NCBI RefSeq assembly: GCF_964188315.1
Contig: NC_135658.1
Coordinates: 25,544,001 to 25,608,000 of the forward strand
Reading direction: 5' to 3'
DNA: 64,000 bases
DNA from: Podarcis muralis
Lineage: Eukaryota
Shown here: in pieces, positions 24,588-36,359 of the stretch
Numbering within the stretch: the stretch's first letter is position 1
Layout: the number at the start of each line of letters is the position of its first letter
Made by a program: the position numbers and the translations under genes
The notes under the pieces: generated by a model
The model's input: the letters and a program-made list of their open reading frames with translations, nothing else
The model's database searches: none
What the model was told of the DNA's origin: nothing

Positions 24588-25499
24588 TAATTCCTGAATA
24601 GTATGGTCAAGATTCAGCTTCAGTTTACTTCTCTGCGTGTTAGCTTTTGTGCGTTGAGCTATTTGCAGGACATCAGGTGAGCACAGACCCTGGCTCTTTG
24701 GTAGGGTTAAGCTTATTACATTATGTCCAGCAGTTGGACAATGGAATGTCTCTCTCCATTTGCTTCCCCCCAAATCTGTGCCAGAGGGTTCCCCAACCCT
24801 GTGGAGCAGATTTTGAGGAGGACAGGAGGCTTGCAAGGGCCTGGAGAGGAGGAGGAGGAAGTTCCATTGCACAAGCAAAAGTTTTGCACCACTGTATCAG
24901 TAAGCTAAGTCCTAGAATTGTGCTCTAGAAAATGAAAAAAAATCCTGAAAAATTAAAGTACTTAATCTTTACTTAGGATGCATTTCTTTATTTTTGGTAA
25001 TGTTTGTCTTCCCGGCTTTTAAATAATTAAAACAGCCCTATCTTGCTTAAACAGAGAACAGCATGCTCCAGTAATATATTGTAGTTTGTAGCTTCTTATT
25101 TCAAAGTAGCCTGTGAGAGGCATTTAATAATCACATCCCACTCTTTTGTGGAACACTGATAAAGGTAGAAATGCATTTCCAATGTAGTGAAACACCATGA
25201 GACATTATTAATGCAGTGTCACTGCAAAACTGATATTTAGCACCCCATATGCTTAACTGGAATTTATTGTTGCTTAGTCGGTAACAGCGCAATCATATAA
25301 TGCCTATTCCTAAGGATGCCTACTCAGAATTAAGTCACATCGAGTTCAACTCGCAGATAAACAAGTATAGGATTGCAAACTCAGGTGTGCTCAGTGGCAC
25401 GGAGTGCCTTCCATCAGCTTCAGCTGGTGGCCCAGCTGTGCCCCATTTGGCCAGGGATAGTGTAAGTACTGTTCATCTATGCTCTGGTAACCTGTAGGT

Positions 25500-25610
25500 T
25501 AGATTTCTGCAATGTGTTGTGCATAGGGCTGCCTCTGAAGACGGTTTGGAAGCCTCAGCTGGTGGAGAATTCAGCAGCCAGGTTCCTCACCAAGACCAAA
25601 CAAGATCTGA
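25500..25610 (+). mobile_element. L2 LINE fragment (C-terminal ORF2 region)
   Basis: Translates DFCNVLCIGLPLKTVWKPQLVENSAARFLT, a degraded LDYCN...GLP...KLQLVQNAAARLLT motif. Confidence 0.7.
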
Positions 25611-27196
25611 TGTGCATCCCCTGTTGTCTCTCTCTCTCCCCGCACCCTTTGCTAAAAGAAGCCACAGGTAGAAAGGGGCTTTGGATTGGGGCAGTGGCAC
25701 AATGAAATCCTTTGCAAAAGCATGCCTCTGCCAGGATATAAGAGCTTTTTTCGGAGAAGGGGCATGTCCCAAGTGCTTATGAATATCTCCACAGTTATGG
25801 CTGGGGGTAGGCCCTGAAATTGGGCATTCTGTAGGTGGACAGAGGACTTGGTGGATCCATGACCCCTTTATTCCTTGAAGAAGTCGTCTCAGGATCAGAC
25901 CTTCCCTCTGTGGCAGCCTGAAGCTGGTATAACAGTTCTCCGCATTATTGGAATGGAAGAGAAGAAAAGAAAAGGAAAAAGAGATGCACGGCAACACGCA
26001 AACCCCTGCTATGCCAACCTCCTGCTCTGACTTGCCAGGAGCCAGCAGGGCTTTGAAAGCGGCTATTTACCGCTTCGTACCCCTCCACATCCCACCTAGG
26101 ATTGCACTCGTACTCACTTTGTTGTTGAGCCTCATAAATATTTACTAGAAATTCAAATATGGGTTTGGAAGACTCGGCGCTTGTTTGCTGATGAGTTTCT
26201 CTCGGGGGAAATTCACACAAGGATTACATCCAGTCCATATTGATTGAGTTCTGTAGTGGTGAAAAGTTGTTTCTTCTTCTTCTGAGTGACACCACAAATA
26301 ACATTGTGGTGGTGATGTTAACTGATTGCAACACTCCTTGCGCTAAATCCTTAGCTTGGGAGCCTTGGAAAGCCCTTTCATGTCTCGCGCGATCCCTGCG
26401 GTGAGCAGTCTGCAGCTGTTTTCAGCTTACGTATATTAACACAAGGAGTTGCTTGTCTGTATTTGGGGCTTCTCAAGGCTCCTACTGTAGATGACAATAG
26501 GTTAGTTTGCATGATATGTGCCTGCCTTTCTGACAGCCCTGATGCATGGATGGGAGTGAGCAGACACATCTCTCCACCCACCCACCTAGCGTGTTGTTCC
26601 CTTCTTATGCACACTGGGACGGATTGCCCTGCTTCCATCTATACATACACAGGGGAGAAGAACATCCCCACAATCCATGCACTTTCTACGTGCATAGCTA
26701 GAAACTGGACTGGTGCCACAAGTACAGATGGAGATGGTACACCAGAGGGATCAGAAACAGCTGTGGGCACTTGATCCCCTCCAAAAGGTGGGCCATTATG
26801 CAAAGTGGCTAGGGCTCCAAAGCCTGGCTCTCTTTTAGATGACTGAAAAGAGTAGCATCTCAAAGAGTACTATGAAACAGCATGGTTGTGCGTAAATATT
26901 TCACATTAAATTGGCAGTGTTCTGAAAGCAAGTATTTTTCCTCCTTTATTGTGCTAGCAGCAGAGGCAGGGCAAACTTACAGTGCTAACTTTTAACAGCA
27001 GGTAGTACACAGTAGGAATCATCTTTATGTTGTAAAATTGGTTGGTGATTGTTATTTGAATTGTTGGGCATGAGATTGAGAGCATGGGGAAAGCTGAGAT
27101 TTCTGTACCTTCTATATGGGTGGGTTTTTTTGTAAACTATTCAGAGGTTCTCTTGCAATCCAGTGCTATACTGTATACATTTTCTTTAAAAAAATG

Positions 27197-27932
27197 CAAG
27201 GTGTGACCAGAAAATTCGGTGAATGGTCACAGAAATCGGACAGTGAGAAATATTCAAACATACATAGCTTACAGGCCTTCAAAGTAGGCCCCCTCTGATA
27301 CAACGCACCGTTGACAACGTTCATAGAACTGTTGGAAACTTCTGGAGAAGTCCTCTTTTCGTACTGCTTTCAGTTCCCTCATCACAGCAGCTTGGACGTG
27401 TGAAATGTTGGAAATTCTTTGCCTTTTCAGTGCAGATTTCAGTTTTTTTTGGGGGGGGGGAATCCGGTGGGGCCAGATCAGGAGAATATGGAGGGTAGGA
27501 CAACTCAGTAACCTCAGTAACGATCGCACACGGAATATGCAATTCTTCTGCCATCATTCGGACGGACAAACGCCAGTCCTGCATCAATAACTCACGAACT
27601 TTGTCGACATTTGAAATATATTTAAAAATTGTCTAGTAGCAATTTTTTTATATATTTTGACTGCGTCAGACCAACACGGCTACCTACCTAAATCTGTTGA
27701 CATTTGCCGCCATTCTGCTCATTGACGGTCTGCCAGACCAAGGGTCATTCTTGATGGTTTGCCGCCCTTCACGGAAATGCTTAAACCATTCATACACTGT
27801 CTTATGAGTTACAGCTTCGTCTCCGTACACAATTGTGAGCATTTTGTGGGTTTCCGATGCCGATTGTATGTTCAAATATTTCTCGCTGTCCGATTTCTGC
27901 GACCATTCACCGAACTTTCCGGTCACACCTTG
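27197..27932 (-). mobile_element. Internally deleted mariner transposon
   Basis: 67-bp TIRs (27197-27263 and 27866-27932) with about 6 differences; TA on the right, TG on the left. Transposase remnants YGDEAV...VYEWFKHFREGR...SGRPS, DWRLSVRMMAEEL and PPYSPDLAP...RCVVSEGAYFEGL. Confidence 0.9.
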
Positions 27933-28713
27933 TAAATAAGTAAATGTGATGGAATCACTTTGCTGACTTGCTCATCTTTCCTTCTCTCCAGCATCCTATT
28001 TGTGTTTTTTAGAAAGAAAGAACAATTCAAGCTCTCCTTATTCAGTTCTGAAGTGCTGTCAAATGTACATTCAAATGGAGTTTTCATTTAAGCGAGAGAA
28101 GAAGTGAGAGGAACATGGGCTGAGATAAGTCAGCACTAGATCTTGTTGGGGGGTAGTCTCATCATATGGTTGTCACTGGACTTGGTTGCATCTGAGAGGA
28201 GTACTTCTTGTTGCTCTTTTCCTTTTAAAGAGAGAGTGAAGTTCTTGCCTAGCTTCCTGACTGCTGGGTCCTTTTATGCTTTCCATGCCGGTTGTGATGG
28301 CTGAATGGCTACAGGTTAATGAATGAACAGTAATCTACAGGTTAATGAATGGAAAACGAAAGGGAGAATCTTCTTAATGAGCAATGAAAAGAAGCTGGAA
28401 GTAGTGGTTTTCTTTATTAGCCACCAAATTGAATTACCTCTTCCTCCCCCTGCCCCCAAAACTTTTGAACATTTGCTTTAAAAAGCCTATTTCTTTGCTT
28501 TCTGGGCACATTGTAAGTAGTGAAGTTCTACTCTTGTTAATTCAAACTGTGTAGCAGCTGCTGTGGCTATTATTAACCAGCAATGTGCCTGGCTATTTTC
28601 TCAGTGTGTCATTAAATAAACACGTTGTCAAGTCTACTGACTTCGCAGACTCTAGAAATTTACTTTTAATCATTAGTTGTTCAATTTCCAAGTTTTAAAC
28701 TACGCAAACTTAG

Positions 28714-28847
28714 CTTCCTTGGGGAGTTTTAAGCAGAGGTTGGATGGCCATCTGCCATGCATGACCTAGTGGAGATTCCTGCATTGCAGGGGGTCGGACT
28801 TGATGACCCTCGATGGGTCCCTTCCAACTCTACAATTCTATGAGTCT
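28714..28847 (+). mobile_element. CR1 LINE 3' end
   Basis: Ends GGTCCCTTCCAACTCTACAATTCTATGA, the typical CR1 terminus. Confidence 0.8.
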
Positions 28848-29299
28848 CGTTCATTTTGAATATAATCCAAGAAAGCCCATGCTTTCAAAGCATGTGGGTT
28901 AAGCAAAATTCATGCTGGAATGTAAATGTCTAAAGATAGGAGTTCTACATGTCTCTAGACTGCCATTAATTTTCAACCCAGTTTTTTATAGCGGCACGGT
29001 TGTAAAATAAAGGTTCAGCCATAGGAGTTGTTGAGTCTTTGAGCTAACAATAGTTGTTGCAGCTCAATGTTACAAATCATGTTACATTGGTTTTGCAGAT
29101 TCCTTACTCCAGTCGTGGGGTAGAGTTTCTCCATATTCTTCTACCATTCCTATTCACTTTAAATAGGATGTGCATGATAGCATCAATATATCCATAATAA
29201 AACCCAAACCCTATAAATTACATGTTTCTTAACGTATAAAGAATCACAGAAGGAATTCATCTTTTATGGATTGCATCCATCTAAGTTCTACTAAGAGTA

Positions 29300-29539
29300 C
29301 AGTGGTACCTCGGGTTAAGTACTTAATTCATTCCGGAGGTCCATTCTTAACCTGAAACTGTTCTTACCTGAAGCACCACTTTAGCTAATGGGGCCTCCTG
29401 CTGCCGCCACACTGCCGGAGCATGATTTCTGTTCTCCACCTGAAGCAAAGTTCTTAACCCTAGGTACTATTTCTGGGTTAGCGGAGTCTGTAACCTGAAG
29501 CATATGTAACCTGACGCGTATGTAACCCGAGGTACACTG
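29300..29539 (-). mobile_element. Tigger-like MITE, copy 4 of 5
   Basis: Same TIRs and TA TSD, reverse orientation. Confidence 0.9.
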
Positions 29540-29540
29540 T

Positions 29541-29706
29541 AAAGTTAAAAGTAAAGGAACCCCTGACCGTTAGGTCCAGTCATGGATGACTCTGGGGTTG
29601 CAGCGCTCATCTCGCTTTACTGGCCGAGGGAGCCGGTGTACAGCTTCCGGGTCATGTGGCCAGCATGACTAAGCCGCTTCTGGCAAACCAGAGCAGCATA
29701 CGGAAA
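29541..29706 (-). mobile_element. Sauria SINE 3' half
   Basis: Reverse complement of the 3' part of 5941-6270. Its tail abuts the MITE end. Confidence 0.85.
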
Positions 29707-30829
29707 CTAAGAATAGGCAAATTGATATTAGTGGGTCCAAATCAGTCATAATTCATTAATTTCAATTGGTCTCCTAGTGAACCAGATATGTATCTCTCCC
29801 CACCCCAGGTCAGCTTCTGACAGGGAATGAGGTCACCCACCTGTCAGTCATCTGACATCATGATATCAGGAGACTGAAAGTTGGGCGTTCCCTCCTTCAT
29901 GTAAACATTGACCTGAGGGGTGGGAACGTGCTGACAAAGCAGCACCCAACAGGATTGACCACCACTCCGCTATACACCCAGCTAATGGGCAGGTATGTGT
30001 GGTTTGGCATTCCAGCCCAAATTTGACCTCCTGGTGGGCCAGTATTGGCCCCTGGGTCAGAGGTTCCCACACCTGCCTTCAGCTGTCAGCATTTCAGGCA
30101 GGGCCAGCCCACCCATTAGGCAGATTGAGTAAGCAGCAGGGAGAGACTAGAGGACAGAGCTGTGTACCCCATGCAACCTGCTATGTACCCCTAAAAGCTA
30201 GCCTGCTTCCCTCAGGTGTGGTGGAGAATGTTGTCCCATTGCCATTGCTGAAGTAAGGTTCAGCTGTCAGCCTGGTCAGCTTCTGTACACAGTATAGGGC
30301 TGTGTCATCTTGTCCTTTGCCTCAGGTCACAAAATTTATTGGATCAGCCCCGAGTTTGAACAGTACAGAGTTGAGGATATGCACAATTTAGACCTAGACT
30401 CTCTCAAACCATAGGCAATAGCTCATAATCCAGAAAAAAGACCAAAGGCCGTCATTTACAGCCAGCAGTTAAAGCATTTTACCGGGGGACGGGACGGACA
30501 AAGCAAGCATAATTTTAGAGCTGTTAAGGAAATCTTAATCATATCATTCTAGATTATTCCATCAATTACCTTTTTGTATTTTTTAATGATGCTTGCATTG
30601 TCATAGCAGACATCATCTCAGAAGAGGTATTTTCTCCTAAAAGGCAGAGTGCTTCTTTTAAAAGATGCTTGCCATCTGCAAATAATGTTGTGGGTTTTTC
30701 CTTCTTAATTGCTTTCCAGTTCATTAGGGGCAATTTTTAAAATCAATTAATGTAGCTAAGTAACTGGTTATGCATTACAGTCCAAAACATTTTAATGATT
30801 TTCTAATGATTATTTTTCTTCTCTAGCAG

Positions 30830-31024
30830 ATGGTACGTGAACAGTATACTACAACAACACCAGGTACTAACCTACAGAGACCAGAAACGCAATATGTCTA
30901 CAACGTTGGCATCTACGGTTGGAGGAAGCGCTGCCTTTATCTCTTCGTCCTCCTCCTCATCATCATCCTAGTTGTGGATCTTGCTCTGACCATTTGGATT
31001 CTTAAAGTGATGTGGTTTTCTCCA
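30830..31024 (+). CDS. SGCG: Gamma-sarcoglycan, first coding exon (cytoplasmic N-terminus and TM helix)
   Basis: MVREQY...[39 protein letters not shown]. 195 nt, acceptor TAG/CAG, donor CCA|GTAAGA. Confidence 0.97.
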
Positions 31025-31319
31025 GTAAGAGTCCTTCATCATCTTTTTTTTTGCATGTGTAACTATTGTCTGAATAAACTGCACCTTTAACCTGATAATT
31101 TCATGGCAAACCAAATTGTAAATAATGCATTTGATGTCCCTAAGCTAATAAAGCAACTTCTGATCCGTAAAGGGTGCTAAGAAAAGAAGTATTGCAGATT
31201 TTCTCATTTCCACAGAAATGTCTGTTTCCTCCCCACAAAAAAATAAATTAGGGGGTTGGACTTATTTTTTCATGGCTTCAGAATTTCTGGAAAGTTTACA
31301 TCTCTACTGAACACCACTA

Positions 31320-31550
31320 CAGTGGTACCTCAGGTTACATACGCTTCAGGTTACATACGCTTCAGGTTACAGACTCCGCTAACCCAGAAATAGTACCTCG
31401 GGTTAAGAACTTTGCTTCAGGATGAGAACAGAAATCATGCAGCAGTGGCAGTGGGAGGCCCCATTAGCAAAAGAGCTTCAGGTTAAGAACAGTTTTAGGT
31501 TAAGAACAGACCTCCAGAACGAATTAAGTACTTAACCCGAGGTACCACTG
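31320..31550 (+). mobile_element. Tigger-like MITE, copy 5 of 5
   Basis: Same TIRs and TA TSD. Confidence 0.9.
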
Positions 31551-31778
31551 TATAAGGAAATGCCTGTTGTGGTTCTTCCCACACCCCATACCCCTAATGC
31601 TGTCTTGTCGTAATGTTGTCGTAATCTTTCCCCTCTTTTCTCATATGGTCAGGGTTACTCTTGCGCATTTTTATCCACTGTTTGAAGAAGGCAGGCATGA
31701 TAATCTGGTGAGAATTTTAAAATCACTTGAGTAAGAAATGCAGTGCATCTAAAAGCTTGGAGTCTTTTGTCATTACAG

Positions 31779-31880
31779 ATTGGAATGGGATACCTTTATG
31801 TTCAAAGCGAAGGACTTCGGCTAGAACGGGAGTCAGAATTTTTATATCCTTTATATGCCAAAGAAGTTCACTCTAGAAAG
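31779..31880 (+). CDS. SGCG: Gamma-sarcoglycan coding exon 2
   Basis: [34 protein letters not shown]. 102 nt, CAG| acceptor, AAG|GTAAGC donor. Confidence 0.97.
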
Positions 31881-32412
31881 GTAAGCAAGTCTGCAGTATT
31901 CTGCTTGCACACACATTCGGGCTTAAACCCCACTAAGTTGAGCGAGGCCTTCTAAGTAAATACGCTTAGATTTGGGCTGTAAGTCAGGTCATCAACAGGT
32001 CGTCTGAAAATTCGCAATGGGTACATGTCATAAATTATCATCTACAAGACTTATGTAGGTTAAAGTCAGCAATGCATTGTGGGTCTAGAGAGGGAGCTGT
32101 TGTCAGTCTGGATTCATTTTTCAATACACCCAGTCACATCAGAAGGTGCTGAAACCAGAGACAAGGTCAAGAGTGACTCTGTCTTGGACCATAGGATGAA
32201 GGAAGTGATAGCTCATTATTGTGTTTGGCTTTTCTAAGAGGCTGTGTACATTTAAAGTGCACCCCCTCTAAGAATCCTGGGATCTGTAGTTTGTTAAGGG
32301 CTCTAGGAATTGTTGTTCTGTGAGAAGTAAACTACACTTCCTATGATTCTTGGGGGGGCGTGTCAGAAATGAAGGACTGGGGAAATGGAGGAAAATAAAA
32401 AGAGACAGGTAT

Positions 32413-32610
32413 CATAGGAGCCAACTCCTAGGGTCTGTGGGAGCATTGACCCCCCCCCCCCCACAATAAAATATTTGAGGACGCTGGGCTCCTGCAAAGT
32501 TGATGAGCATTCCCATTCAAATGGTGTGTGTTCACTGTGTCATGTGATTGATTATGTAGGGCGGGGCTTACCTGGGCCCCCACAATATTTTATTCAAGTT
32601 GGCACCCCTG
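32413..32610. mobile_element. Non-autonomous hAT element
   Basis: Ends CATAGGAGCC...GGCACCCCTG. Exact 8-bp TSD ACAGGTAT. Confidence 0.85.
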
Positions 32611-32823
32611 ACAGGTATATTCAGGAATGGTTTGAATGCTTTTGAACAGGGCTGAGGCAAGCAGGGCCTGCTCAGTTACCCATGAGTAAGAAGTTACTCG
32701 TTTACCAAGGCTATCATAGGCTACTTGAGAGCATTGGAGGCATTAAGATGCTTAGCTTTTCCTGTGGTGAATATCTGAAAGTTTTCTAAATTTGCATCTC
32801 TTTCCCCTCGCCCCTTACACTAG

Positions 32824-32911
32824 GACTCACCTCTGCTTTTGCAATCCACTCATAATGTGACTCTAAATGCACGCAATCCTGATGGGAACGTCACAGGCAG
32901 ATTAAGTGTGG
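32824..32911 (+). CDS. SGCG: Gamma-sarcoglycan coding exon 3
   Basis: [29 protein letters not shown](G), containing the conserved NVT sequon. 88 nt, TAG| acceptor, |GTAGGT donor. Confidence 0.96.
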
Positions 32912-33718
32912 GTAGGTTTAAGCTACGTTTCTTCAGTTTGCATTTTGAAGGTTTTGAATATGCACATTCATTGTGGTGATCCCATGTCTATCCAGAGGCC
33001 ATACAAATGGTCTTGGATAGTCAACTCAAGTAGGGCTGCTGTCCAAAAGGAGCAGGAGTGAGAGACCACCAAATGCAATTGAATAGCCACATCCAGATAT
33101 AAGGGGTAGAGCATTAGGTTTCCCACACCCCTTACAAAATGGGAGGGGGGATTCATGAACTGACATAAATTCTTTCCTGGTTGGGGTGTGTTGGCATCCA
33201 ACATCAGGCCTCTGTCTTCCCCCTTGGAAGGAGATCTGACGCTTCCTATCAGGGAACACAAAACCACAGGACCTGCAAATACTGGAAAAGAAAACCTGAG
33301 CTGATTGCTTTAATCTTTGTCTCCTCCTTTGCAGATCTTCCCCAAGCTGTTTAGCCCTAGAAATGATATCAGTGTCCAATTTGTACAACAATTTACGTGA
33401 TAAGCATGCTACACTGACGTGGATTACATATGGACTAGTTAGAAATTAAGCATCCAGTTTTATACACAGGGAATAGGAAAAATTGAACACAGTGGGATTT
33501 TCTTCTGAGAAAAGATGCATAGGATCATATGCAACCTGTAATTCTAAGGCGTGATTCAGTTCTACACTATATCCATTCTTCTCCACTTTTCACAGCAGAG
33601 TCACATGTGCACATTTTTGCATAGTGTGTTCCACCTAGTATTTTTCCTTTTTATTTCATTAGGAAAATTCTACTTTTTCTCCTAATGAAAGCTGGAAACT
33701 GGGACCATAATCTACAGT

Positions 33719-33800
33719 GCAATCTTATACATCTCTATTCAGACATAAGTCCCACTGTGTTTAGTAGGGCTTATACCCAGGTAAGAAGGAATAGGATTGC
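33719..33800. mobile_element. Short palindromic MITE; related copies near 18385-18460, 25288-25377 and 31915-31982
   Basis: Inverted ends GCAATCTTAT...ATAGGATTGC. Carries CCCAG|GTAAG internally. Confidence 0.6.
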
Positions 33801-34437
33801 AGTCCCAATGTCCTAAACTTTATAAACATATTGTTATAGATCTATGGCTGTTCAATGTTTAGGTTTAACGAATGTTAGAATTTAATTAGAATTGGTACAT
33901 TAGAACCCGGAAATGTGGTGGACCCACTTATAAGCCTCTGTTATTGGCATATATGAAAACTAATTAAGTCAGGCAGATATCTTAAATTGTGCCCCTTAAT
34001 CTTGGGGAAGCAACATGAATCAGGTGTTTATTGAACTCAGCTCTTAGCAAGTCAAAGGGTGAGAGTGCAAATCCCATTTGCAAATGGGTGGGCTTCCTCC
34101 CTCCCTGAACACAGGACTTCATTTAAAAGACAATACCAGTATTCTTGGGGTAGGAATGCTGTGGACCCCTGCATTGTAGGGTTCAAGTTATATATGTGTG
34201 TAAATGAACCATATATCATAAAGACACCACAATCTCTGCTGTGCCTTATTGTCCCACAGGAAACAGATCCTGGGTTAAAGTGCTCCTGGTACCCCTGGAA
34301 TCTATAACACCTGCTCAGATATAGGGGTGGTGTGTCACAGTATATTGTATCATTGGCAGCTCATAAATGCAACTTAAGAAAAAGCAAATGATAATGGTTC
34401 AGTTAAAAAATACTAATAATGCTTGTGTGCTTCTTAG

Positions 34438-34563
34438 GTCCAGACATGGTACAATTTGATGGTCAGGAATTTCAGATCAAGTCCATGAATCTGGATGGAA
34501 AGCCTCTGTTTACAGTGGATGAAGATGAAGTTGCAATTGGTACAGACAGACTTCGAGTCACAG
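34438..34563 (+). CDS. SGCG: Gamma-sarcoglycan coding exon 4
   Basis: (G)[41 protein letters not shown](G). 126 nt, TAG| acceptor, CAG|GTTTGC donor. Confidence 0.95.
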
Positions 34564-35572
34564 GTTTGCATGCAAGTGTAAGGAACAGCTCAAAAACATC
34601 CTTTAAGAAGACATTCTTCTAAAAGCAAAACAAACTCACTGCTGCAGAAAACAGTCATTCATTAACCATAGGTTTCACTTTATATGGTATTTTGTTTACT
34701 GCTGGCCCCACCTTTAGTTGATAGAGACAAAATATCATCTTCCAAATTTCACCCACACTGTTAGATGAAAGCACTTGTTTCAGTTTTATTAATTTGTTGG
34801 TAGAATAAAGATGACAGTCTCTTAATTAAATTTCAGTAAGCTGACGCTCATAGGAAAATGATGCAAGTTGACTAACAATCTTGTTCTAGCAAAAACAAGA
34901 AAGAGTATTGTGGCAGCTAAAAAATAGCACAAGCTTTTCTGGATGAGGGTCCATCAGATGCATGTCGTTTCAGGTATATATACAAAGGGAGTGGAGACAG
35001 GAGGAACGGTAAGCACTGAGGTCAGAGGAAAATGAAATGCAAAAAAATGTGTACAGTAACCCTTTAATTAGAGGTAGAATCTACATGAAATAAGCAAAAT
35101 GATTGTATTAGCATATATCCTTATGATATAAACACCACATCTTCTTATGTTAACAACACACCCTCAGGCCACATCGGCTTCAACATAACATGACATCCGT
35201 GTAAGATCCTAACATCTCACAATCCTGCAAACGAGTTTTTGATTGCTTGGAACCTTCCCTCAATGCAACACAGAATGGGATTTCCCCATCCTCCTCCTTA
35301 TCTCTGCAGCATCCCCCCACAAAGAAAAACTACCTGGGGGTTGGAGGTCCCTTGGAAATTGTTTATGGGTTATGTTGTGGGGCTGCAAATAAAGAGGGAG
35401 TTGTCCCCCTTGCACTTTTAGCAGATGGGCCATAGCTTTGCATGCAAAAGGTCTCAAGTTCAGTCACTTGGGTCTGTAAAAATGGTATAAGGCAACTTCC
35501 TCTGTTGCTCATATACTCAGAAGCTCCGCATACGGTCAAAGCACCAGTAGGTAGAAGCTTCCAACACATGTT

Positions 35573-35776
35573 TAGGTAGGTAAAGGAAAAGGATCCTTAG
35601 ATGGTTAAGTCCAGTCAAAGGTGACTATGGGGTGCGGCGCTCATCTTGCTTCAGGCCGAGGGAGCCGGCGTTTGTCCACAGACAGTTTTTTGGGTCATGT
35701 GGCCAGCATAACTAAACCGCTTCCGGCACACAGAGGACCGTGACTGAAGCCAGAGCGCACAGAAACACTATTTACC
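35573..35776 (-). mobile_element. Sauria SINE 3' half (diverged subfamily)
   Basis: Similar to 29541-29706 and 36691-36880. Confidence 0.75.
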
Positions 35777-36097
35777 TGTATACCAAATCTACATAGGACA
35801 AAGGATCATAGGATCATCACATTTTACAACCTGTAAACACTTTGAACAGAAACGCCTTATGACATGTGAAGCAAGTATCAGAGGTTTCCAAGACCATATG
35901 CAGTCTGAAAATGCTTTCCCTTAAGGCTTGAATTTGTACACACACACATTCCACGAAGGTCAGCGAACCTGATGTTTTGTGAGACCATTATGAGGATCTC
36001 CTACCGTAGTTTGTTTTCCCCCTTGTAACAGGAAAGGGGAGCTGTCTCTTCCCTCTGACACCTAACAGCCACAACTGGTTTGTTTCCTCTCTTCCAG

Positions 36098-36182
36098 GGC
36101 CAGAAGGAGCTCTTTGTGAACATTCTATAGAAACACCACTCATTAAAGGTGTTAGAGGTCTTGACAACGCTAAAGAGCTGAG
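36098..36182 (+). CDS. SGCG: Gamma-sarcoglycan coding exon 5
   Basis: (G)PEGALCEHSIETPLIKGVRGLDNAKEL(R). 85 nt, CAG| acceptor, GAG|GTAAGG donor. Phase fits the flanking exons. Confidence 0.93.
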
Positions 36183-36359
36183 GTAAGGATTTGTCTCAAA
36201 AGCAAATAACCTCTTATGTATTATCAGGCCCTGCATGGCCATATGCACAGTATGTCAAAACGACAAATAAAAAGAATTGATCTGTATAGGTGTATTAACT
36301 ACAGCTTCATGTAACAGAGGGGGAATCTGATGTGATAGCTCTGTCCATGGAATGGAATT

